Source of the DNA: Oligoflexales bacterium
GTDB lineage: Bacteria > Bdellovibrionota_B > Oligoflexia > Oligoflexales > Bog-1112
DNA length: 11,239 bases
NCBI GenBank assembly: GCA_045105515.1
Contig: JBGCDR010000063.1
Span: forward strand, 1 to 11,239
Direction: 5' to 3'
Part shown: one piece after another, positions 1-6,920 of the stretch
How positions within the stretch are numbered: position 1 is the stretch's first letter
Layout of the letters: the number at the start of each line of letters is the position of its first letter
Notes under the pieces: model-generated
Told to the model about the DNA's origin: nothing
Databases searched by the model: none
Seen by the model: the letters and a program-made list of their open reading frames with translations, nothing else
Program-made: the position numbers and the translations under genes

Positions 1-109
1 TTTTAATAAAAGTGAGCCATTTTTTTTAAGTTTTTTCTTCCTATATTTTTTTTATCTAGTCACTTTTGGTACTGCGGCTTAGAATTTTTCTGACCTATTT
101 AATGAAAAA

Positions 110-1903
110 TTGGAAAAAATCTTATTTGAATCAGCCCTGGAAAGAGCTGGTAGGCTTCATTGGTTCCATTGGCTAGTTGTTCTAGGTTCTCTCGGTCTTA
201 CTCTATTCGCATGGCACCTATCCAGATCTCAAACTAAAGATTCTATAAAAAGACGATTTGATTCTCAAAGCGCTCAGGTTATAGAGCTCATTAAGGAGCG
301 TATGCAAAAGTATGAAGATGGACTTTGGGGAGGTGTTGGGGCTATTAGAGCTAGAGAGCATCAAAAAATCAATCCTTCTTCATGGACACGATTTACAAAA
401 ACACTCCAGTTGGATGTCAAATATCCTGGTATAAATGGTATCGGCGTAATTTATCCGGTAAATGAGGATGAAATATCTTCTTTTCTAAAACTTCAACGAC
501 TAGAAAGACCCAATTTCAAGATTCATCCTAAACACAATCGAGATCAATACCTTCCAATTACTTACATTGAGCCAATTGATATAAATCGTCAGGCTGTAGG
601 GTTGGATATGGCTCATGAAAATAATCGCTATTTTTCAGCTATTCGCTCTCGCGGTACAGGTACACCTCAAATAACTGGCCCTATTACACTCGTACAGGAT
701 AATTCCAAAACTCCAGGATTTTTGTTCTATGTACCCTTTTACAAGGGTGAGAAACCTCAAGATATCGTTGAAAGAAGACAGTCCTTTGCGGGCTTAGTAT
801 ACGCTCCATTTATTGTTAAAAAGTTGATGGACGGATTTCTATCCAGAGAAGATAGGCAAGTTGGATTTAGCATCAGAGATAATCAAGAAACAATTTACAA
901 TGAACATTTATTAGAATACCCAGATTTTGATCCTGATCCCATATTTACAAAACAATTGTCAATTAATATGTATGGGAGGAAATGGGGCTTTGATATACGA
1001 AGTGCTAACTCATTTCGGGAAAATGCTTCTTTTTCACAGTCTAACTTTATTTTATTTGGAGGTATAGTAATTGACATCTTTTTGTTGATTCTCTTTCTCC
1101 TTATTTCCAGAGCAAACAGAAGAGCAGTTTCTTATGCTAGCCGAATGACATTTCATCTGAAACATCGAACTGAGGAACTTGAGAAAGCAAACAGTGCTAA
1201 AAGTGAATTTATATCTGGTATGAGCCACGAGCTAAGGACCCCTTTAAATTCCATTATGGGGTACAGTGAATTAATTATTGAAGATGCAATAGAATTAAAA
1301 AACAAGGACAATGAGCTATATGGGAGAAACATTTTTGATTCTGGAAAGCACCTACTCGATCTGATTTCAGATATTTTAGATATTTCTTTGGTAGAAGCAG
1401 GAAGACTTGAGATAAAGGCAGTAAAAGTAAATTTAGAAGATTTTCTGAGGCAAATTTCTTCCTTAGGTAAGATCTTATCTGCTAAGAAAAACAATACGTT
1501 TACAATTTATAACGATCTCTCAATAAATGAATTGATCATCGATCCTGTTAGGATTAAACAAATTTTAACCAATATCATCGGTAATTCATCTAAATTTACA
1601 GATAATGGGAATATAACTCTAAGGTTTTCTCATGGTGAATCCAATGGATTGAAAATTCAAATTAGTGACACAGGTAAAGGTATGGAAACAATAGATATCA
1701 AGAGAATTTTTGAAAAATTTGTCCAGGTACACGATACTAGCAAGGACAGTGTTGCAGGTACTGGCCTTGGATTGGCTTTAACAAAAAATTTAGTAGACTT
1801 AATGGGAGGGGAGATTATTGTCTCTAGCGAATTAGCTAAAGGGACATCTTTTTCAATTTATATCCCAAATGTGTTTGGGGCAATTTTGAAGAAAGCTGGA
1901 TGA
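110..1903 (+). CDS. CHASE-domain membrane sensor histidine kinase (TM-CHASE-TM-HisKA-HATPase_c)
   Basis: N-terminal TM (WFHWLVVLGSLGLTLFAW); CHASE-type motifs YPGINGIG, YLPITYIEP, AVGLDM, ITGPITLVQD, GLVYAPF; second TM (FILFGGIVIDIFLLILFLLI); H-box MSHELRTPLNSIMG; N-box QILTNIIGNSSKFT; G1 ISDTGKGM; F-box FEKFVQ; G2 GTGLGL. The start is uncertain: TTG at 110, with an out-of-frame ATG at 102. Confidence 0.95.
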   Translation: MEKILFESALERAGRLHWFHWLVVLGSLGLTLFAWHLSRSQTKDSIKRRFDSQSAQVIELIKERMQKYEDGLWGGVGAIRAREHQKINPSSWTRFTKTLQLDVKYPGINGIGVIYPVNEDEISSFLKLQRLERPNFKIHPKHNRDQYLPITYIEPIDINRQAVGLDMAHENNRYFSAIRSRGTGTPQITGPITLVQDNSKTPGFLFYVPFYKGEKPQDIVERRQSFAGLVYAPFIVKKLMDGFLSREDRQVGFSIRDNQETIYNEHLLEYPDFDPDPIFTKQLSINMYGRKWGFDIRSANSFRENASFSQSNFILFGGIVIDIFLLILFLLISRANRRAVSYASRMTFHLKHRTEELEKANSAKSEFISGMSHELRTPLNSIMGYSELIIEDAIELKNKDNELYGRNIFDSGKHLLDLISDILDISLVEAGRLEIKAVKVNLEDFLRQISSLGKILSAKKNNTFTIYNDLSINELIIDPVRIKQILTNIIGNSSKFTDNGNITLRFSHGESNGLKIQISDTGKGMETIDIKRIFEKFVQVHDTSKDSVAGTGLGLALTKNLVDLMGGEIIVSSELAKGTSFSIYIPNVFGAILKKAG

Positions 1904-1904
1904 T

Positions 1905-2287
1905 ATGAAGATTCTTGTTGCCGATGACCATCCCTTAAATCGAGATCTATTGAAGACAAGGCTAGAGCGTCTTGGCCATGAAGTCGTCTGTGCTGAAAAC
2001 GGAAAAGAGGCAGTAGATATTGCTAAGGATGGCTATTTTCATCTAATCCTTATGGACCTACGTATGCCAGAAATGGATGGCTACGAAGCTACTCAAATAA
2101 TTAAAAATAACGAAAGTACCAAATAATTCCTATCGTTGCCGTAAGTGCGAATACATCAAAAGATGGAATTGATAAAGCTTTTAGTTGTGGCTGTGAAAAA
2201 TATCTAACTAAACCCGTAATGAAGAGCCAAATAATCGAGATGCTTGATTATTATGAATCAACAATCACTCTGCAGAAGAATCTTTAA
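1905..2287 (+). pseudogene. Single-domain response regulator (CheY/DivK-like receiver), frameshifted near 2121-2126
   Basis: Frame 0 gives MKILVADD...LILMDLRMPEMDG (phospho-acceptor D51) and stops at TAA 2124-2126. The -1 frame from 2126 reads IPIVAVSANTSKDGIDKAFSCGCEKYLTKPVMKSQIIEMLDYYESTITLQKNL* (TAA 2285-2287), which supplies the conserved S/T-A and K-P receiver motifs. Adding one base restores a 127-aa protein. It starts 1 nt after the kinase stop (TGA-T-ATG). Confidence 0.9.
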
Positions 2288-2311
2288 ATATGAATGCGAT
2301 TGAAAAAAAAG

Positions 2312-2388
2312 TGGTAGCGGGAGCAGGATTTGAACCTACGATCTTCGGGTTATGAGCCCGATGAGATACCATACTTCTCCATCCCGCG
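2312..2388 (-). tRNA. Initiator tRNA-fMet (anticodon CAT)
   Basis: Reverse complement (77 nt): CGCGGGA TG GAGA AGTATGGTA TCTC A TCGGG CTCATAA CCCGA AGATC GTAGG TTCAAAT CCTGC TCCCGCT A CCA. It folds as a full cloverleaf with encoded CCA. Initiator hallmarks are present: unpaired position 1:72 (C:U), A11-U24, three consecutive G-C pairs closing the anticodon stem, and T-loop TTCAAAT. Confidence 0.97.
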
Positions 2389-2399
2389 CTAATACAGTT

Positions 2400-2439
2400 A
2401 CTCTATCAAATTTTTTTCTTTTATGACAGCTAAATTATA
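2400..2439 (-). promoter_or_regulatory. Possible sigma70-type promoter elements for tRNA-fMet
   Basis: On the minus strand: TG-A-TAGAGT (extended -10-like, 2408-2400) with CTGTCA 18 nt upstream of the hexamer, plus a separate perfect TATAAT at 2439-2434 lacking a good -35. The background is AT-rich, so support is weak. Confidence 0.3.
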
Positions 2440-2445
2440 CTGAAA

Positions 2446-4653
2446 TCAAACTTTCGATTTGATTGCATACTTATTTAAATCGAGTTTATGGTATCGCCAT
2501 AGACGGATGAGTTTGCAGAGCTTACTACCACTGTCTTTAATCTCACTTCTTTGTTTATCATAAGCAAGCCATACCTGCCCACTATCTGTTCGGCAAATGA
2601 GAGCATCGATACCTTTTGACCGCTGCAGGGTGGATACTGCTTGCTCTAAAGTTTGTACGATTGGACTTCCGACATTAAAAGATGTATTTATTAGCATCTC
2701 CATACCGTTCCAATGATTCATTTGTTTCAGAATATGATGAGTAAAGGGGTCTTGTTTTGACCTAACAATCTGGATCCGACTGGTACCATCATAGTGAATA
2801 ATTGCAGGTGCTTTTTGTTTTGCTAACAGCTTGGCCTTGGCTGTCAAGACCATGTAATTGTATGCGTTGTAATGCTTGCTGGAGGCTCCTTTTTGTAAAA
2901 AAAAGTATTTTTCAGCTGCTGCTAAGGTCATCATTGGAGCCAAAGGTCTTATTCTTTCCCTGAATTTAACTCTCTCATTGAGTAAAGTTCTTATGTTGGG
3001 ATTACATGGATTTGCGAGAATAGAACGATGGCCTAGTGCTCGAGGTCCAGTCTCACCTGGCCCCTGTATTATGGCTAAAACCATATTCTCTGTTATAAGA
3101 TAAGCTATGAGGTCGGCGACTGGGAGTTCGTCTGAGTGCCCACAGATTTCCATGCTTGATATCCAAGCTATTTTAGGGTGGGTGTGTTTTAACTGATTTA
3201 TATCTCGATCTTTTGGCCCTTGGCCACAATAAAAAGCATGCTGTAAATTAGGACCTGCTGGGCATTGATTCTGCAATGCAAAAGCATAAGCTGCTCCAAT
3301 AGGTGTGCCTGCATCGCCAGGGTTAGGAGGAACCCAAAGTTTGAGAAATGCACCAGCTCTTTTTAAATAACGTTGGAAGTATTCTTCATTGAAATGCTCA
3401 AGCAGGTGCATGTTAGCCAGGCAGTTTAAGGCGCAACCACCAGTAATTACCAGATCTTCGCTGCCAGTGGATTTTATAAAGTGATCTATGATGTGAAATA
3501 ATGCATCTTCGAACACCATTTGCAATGCTGCCGCTTTGTCGACCCTGTCTGAGTTTATTGTTTCATGGCTTATCTTGTCTACATCCAGTATTGCGTCTGG
3601 ATTCCACTTTAAATGCTCTGGGATGGATGGGCCGATAATTCTTTCAAGTGCTGGACTAAAGGGCTCTAGGAAACCTTTTAGGTGCCAATTAGCTAGTTTC
3701 CTGTTTAAGTAAACCTCTCCTTGCGGAGCAAAAAAAAGGATTTGTCTCAACTCTTTATAGAATGGGTTCGTCAAACGGCATTGCTGGCCCCATGCAGCAG
3801 CGCCCATATACCGACCTTCGCTGCTAAGTGGGGTCCAGCCACCTAAACTAGAACTCATAATTGAGTAGAGGTGTCCTAAAGAATCAAAAAAACTTTTGTT
3901 GGAGTAAATGGGTTTAAGAGCTGGCCCTTGTCCTAAAAACATAGAAATCGCACTTTGATCTCCGGAGCCATCTATAACCAAAACCATCGTTGGCTTTTCA
4001 GATTCTGAAAAAGGAGAAGCTGCATAAGAATAATAGGCATGGCAGTCATGGTGGGCTAGACCTATGATTGGCTTCTGATTGTCAGTATTTAAGCTGGTGT
4101 TTAAACGCTTCGCTCCATTCCATATAGCAGCATAAAGTGGCCGCGAATCAGTAATACCCTCATGCATACTAGGTTTAATCCATGACCAAGATCTTGGTAG
4201 TTCAGACGCAATAGCTCCCATAGAAAAAGCTGCAAAAGCAGGATAATCCCAAGTTCCCAAAAAGCTGTGGATATCCTCGGAGGAAATCCCCAATTCGTGC
4301 ATGTTATTTTCAAGTTCCTGAATTGACCTTTCAGGAAAGCTGGTACAATGCTTAGTACCGGTAAATCGTTCCTCTTCGTGATTACAGATGATTTCTATTC
4401 CCTCATCCCGGGTGCAGCGAACCAGAGATACTCCAGTGTTGTGGCCTCCAGCACAGATGCCCAGTAAATATAGAGGTTTACCTTTCTGTAGCTTAGATCT
4501 AAATGAACTTGCTGATTGTTTACCATTACGATCATGCAAAGTGACATAAGACCTCAGTTTAGAAATAGGATTCAAAGTGGACCGGATAGAATACTCGACT
4601 AATTTTCCTAGTTTTGGAAAATTGGCACCATAGATGCCCATAGTTTTCGCCAT
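2446..4653 (-). CDS. Carbamoyltransferase, NodU/CmcH/TobZ family (Kae1-like N-domain + YrdC-like C-domain), 735 aa
   Basis: Motifs EEERFTGTKH, HHDCH (HHxxH metal site), IDGSGD, SEGRYMG, GGCALNCLAN, PGDAGTPIGAA, GETGPRALGHRSILA, VKFRERIRPLAP, HYDGTSRIQ, NTSFN. RBS-like AAGAGGA 5 nt upstream of the ATG at 4653. Confidence 0.95.
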   Translation of the reverse strand: MAKTMGIYGANFPKLGKLVEYSIRSTLNPISKLRSYVTLHDRNGKQSASSFRSKLQKGKPLYLLGICAGGHNTGVSLVRCTRDEGIEIICNHEEERFTGTKHCTSFPERSIQELENNMHELGISSEDIHSFLGTWDYPAFAAFSMGAIASELPRSWSWIKPSMHEGITDSRPLYAAIWNGAKRLNTSLNTDNQKPIIGLAHHDCHAYYSYAASPFSESEKPTMVLVIDGSGDQSAISMFLGQGPALKPIYSNKSFFDSLGHLYSIMSSSLGGWTPLSSEGRYMGAAAWGQQCRLTNPFYKELRQILFFAPQGEVYLNRKLANWHLKGFLEPFSPALERIIGPSIPEHLKWNPDAILDVDKISHETINSDRVDKAAALQMVFEDALFHIIDHFIKSTGSEDLVITGGCALNCLANMHLLEHFNEEYFQRYLKRAGAFLKLWVPPNPGDAGTPIGAAYAFALQNQCPAGPNLQHAFYCGQGPKDRDINQLKHTHPKIAWISSMEICGHSDELPVADLIAYLITENMVLAIIQGPGETGPRALGHRSILANPCNPNIRTLLNERVKFRERIRPLAPMMTLAAAEKYFFLQKGASSKHYNAYNYMVLTAKAKLLAKQKAPAIIHYDGTSRIQIVRSKQDPFTHHILKQMNHWNGMEMLINTSFNVGSPIVQTLEQAVSTLQRSKGIDALICRTDSGQVWLAYDKQRSEIKDSGSKLCKLIRLWRYHKLDLNKYAIKSKV

Positions 4654-4676
4654 AACGATCCTCTTAACAAAAGCTA

Positions 4677-6041
4677 CTATTTCTTGATGATGCGGATATG
4701 AATTGGTCGATCTGGTCCGGCATTGATATGCCTAAGAACTAAGCGAGGAGCCTTTTTACTCAGCAATTCGAATTTTGCCCCTTTCAATAGGTACGCCGCT
4801 AATATACGCATTTCTGTCTGAGCGAAATAAGAACCGATGCATCTTCTTGCTCCGCTTCCAAATGGTAGGAATTCATATGCACCAAACTCATGATCTAAGA
4901 AACGCTCAGGAATAAATTTCCTTGGATTTTTAAAAACCCGCTCATCATGATGCAAAAGGATCATTGAGAGAGCCACATTATCGCCAGCTTTGAGTTGGTG
5001 ATTTAATATAGAGTAGTCCTGACCAAGCGTTCTGAAGGCAAAGGGCGGAATAGCTTTAATTCTTAGAGCTTCTTTGAAAACTGCATCCAGAAAGGGCATT
5101 GAGTCATCCAGGAGGGATTTACAACTGTTGATTTCATGCATTACTTTTGCGTATATCTTTGGATGAATCAGAATATAGTAGAACGCCCAGGTCATTGCCA
5201 TTGCTGTGGTTTCGTGACCAGCAACGATGAGAGTACGTAATTCATCACGAAGTTCTTCTAAGCTTAAAGCTTGACCATTCTCATCTTTTGCTAACATCAT
5301 GGTTTTTATCACACAGGCATTTCCATCTTCTGGTGACTGCTTTAATTTACTTATCTGCTCAAAAAGGCACGCATCCAATTTGGCTTGAGCTCTTAAAAAT
5401 TTTCTCCATGGAGGCCAAGCTTTACTACGTAAGTTTGGAATTAGTAGCAGAGAAGGAGTTGTTAAGCTAACAAATTCTTTTATCGTTTTGCAGAATTTTT
5501 TTTTAAAATCCTGATCTTGGACACCAAAAATTGTTTCAACAACTATACTTAGGGTTAAATCTTGCATTAAATCAGCGAGATTAGTTTCAGAAGGGACTTG
5601 CATGGAACTCAATGCATCGATGGCTACCTTTGCAAAAGACTTCTTTAAACTTTTCATTGGTCCGGGCCCTAAGCAAGGCATAATCATTTTTCTCTGCCTT
5701 TGGTGTTTCTTGCCATCTTTAACCATCATAGAGTTGGGTCCTAAAACTGAGTCAATTGGGCTTCCTGTGAGCATCTTGAAAACTTGAGGAGGAGCTGACA
5801 TGAGTTCTTTTGCACCATTTGCTGAACCTGTTACATGAATAGTACTAAAACCTGGTAGTTCTACAGTAAAGAAATCTCTGCTTGTTCTGCTTGATATCGA
5901 GAAAAAAAATCCTTCTGGATCATAAGCTGCCCAACAGGCTTGTACTAATTTAGGTAAGGTAACTGAATTTAAAAAGGGTCTATGATAGTCTGGTAAATAC
6001 GCAGTCGATCTGTGATCAAAGGTTTGTTGTGTTGATTTCAT
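4677..6041 (-). CDS. Cytochrome P450 (soluble, ~454 aa)
   Basis: I-helix AGHETT, K-helix EALR (ExxR), PERF, and heme motif FGSGARRCIG. The start is placed at ATG 6041 rather than 6065 because GGGGAG lies 6 nt upstream of it. Tandem TAG TAG stop; 23 nt gap to the carbamoyltransferase start. Confidence 0.96.
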   Translation of the reverse strand: MKSTQQTFDHRSTAYLPDYHRPFLNSVTLPKLVQACWAAYDPEGFFFSISSRTSRDFFTVELPGFSTIHVTGSANGAKELMSAPPQVFKMLTGSPIDSVLGPNSMMVKDGKKHQRQRKMIMPCLGPGPMKSLKKSFAKVAIDALSSMQVPSETNLADLMQDLTLSIVVETIFGVQDQDFKKKFCKTIKEFVSLTTPSLLLIPNLRSKAWPPWRKFLRAQAKLDACLFEQISKLKQSPEDGNACVIKTMMLAKDENGQALSLEELRDELRTLIVAGHETTAMAMTWAFYYILIHPKIYAKVMHEINSCKSLLDDSMPFLDAVFKEALRIKAIPPFAFRTLGQDYSILNHQLKAGDNVALSMILLHHDERVFKNPRKFIPERFLDHEFGAYEFLPFGSGARRCIGSYFAQTEMRILAAYLLKGAKFELLSKKAPRLVLRHINAGPDRPIHIRIIKK

Positions 6042-6145
6042 TTTTAACTCCCCGTTGAATATCATAGCAATTTTTAATTAACGGTTTGCCTCAGTAAATT
6101 CAATCTTAAATACAAGACCTGAGTGTAAACTAAAAAATATATATA

Positions 6146-6790
6146 TTATGATTGAGGAGTAATCTTGTGAACTCTTTCGGTAAGATGAGTGATAAAATCA
6201 GCATGAGGTACCTTTTCTTTGCTGATTGGTTCATCAATTAAACATTCTAAATTAAAAGATGAAGAAAAACCTCTCTCAATCTCTTGCTTCGTGATTGAGT
6301 ACGGGGGGCCAGCTGTAAGATGATCAAACTCAATGCTTAAATGAAGCATATTAACGTGCGGTAGATTTTTTATGAGCCAATGACAGTATTTTTTTCTGTC
6401 TTTGTGGTCTAATGCAATATAGCATGCACGGTCATAAACATAAGCAATAATTGAAAAATCAAATTTTATTTCAAAGATGTCCCCGCAGTATATTTTATAA
6501 GAATTAGCTTCATAAACTTTAAACCCACTATCAGAAATGATCTGCGGTTTTAGATCAAGTCCTTGAAAAAATTCCTTTATTGCTTGTTCACTCAATTCCA
6601 CTCCAATCACTTTATGACCATAATTTGCTAAATAATTCATATCTAAAGTTTTTCCACACAAAGGAACAAATACAGGCCTTCTATCTTTTGCGAGCAATTT
6701 CCAGAAAGAGTTAAGATGCGGATTAACTTTTTTTTGGTGAAAGCGAATATTTCCCGAATCCCAGCAATCCAACCAATACTTTTTATCCAT
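6146..6790 (-). CDS. tpm: Thiopurine S-methyltransferase (TPMT family SAM-dependent methyltransferase)
   Basis: W..W...NIRFHQ..VNPHL, VFVPLCGKTLDM, VIGVELSEQA, YCGDIF, YDRA..IAL...R..Y and GPPYSI match the bacterial TPMT signature; 214 aa; AGGGA RBS-like sequence upstream. Confidence 0.93.
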   Translation of the reverse strand: MDKKYWLDCWDSGNIRFHQKKVNPHLNSFWKLLAKDRRPVFVPLCGKTLDMNYLANYGHKVIGVELSEQAIKEFFQGLDLKPQIISDSGFKVYEANSYKIYCGDIFEIKFDFSIIAYVYDRACYIALDHKDRKKYCHWLIKNLPHVNMLHLSIEFDHLTAGPPYSITKQEIERGFSSSFNLECLIDEPISKEKVPHADFITHLTERVHKITPQS

Positions 6791-6920
6791 TTGTTTCCCT
6801 TGTTGCTAAAAATTAAAAACATGGTTTTTTGACTATATTCTGATAGATTACAGCTGTTAATAGATTTGTATCTAAGATCTTGAATCGATCGACTGGCTGA
6901 ATTTGTCTTAGGTCTAATGT

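Noticed and set aside
895..1494. Minus-strand ORFs 895-1077 and 1153-1494
   Set aside because: Antisense shadows fully inside the well-supported histidine kinase; no motifs.
2108..2126. Programmed -1 ribosomal frameshift in the receiver gene
   Set aside because: No X_XXY_YYZ heptamer in the permitted window; the CGA-AAG hexamer at 2111-2116 is not in the zero frame; no obvious stimulatory stem follows.
2312..2388. Alternative identity as elongator tRNA-Met or tRNA-Ile2 (CAT)
   Set aside because: The 1:72 mismatch, A11-U24 and three G-C pairs in the anticodon stem are initiator determinants.
2876..5787. Short ORFs 2876-3103, 4101-4313, 5288-5470 and 5602-5787
   Set aside because: Nested in or antisense to the carbamoyltransferase and P450; no independent coding evidence.
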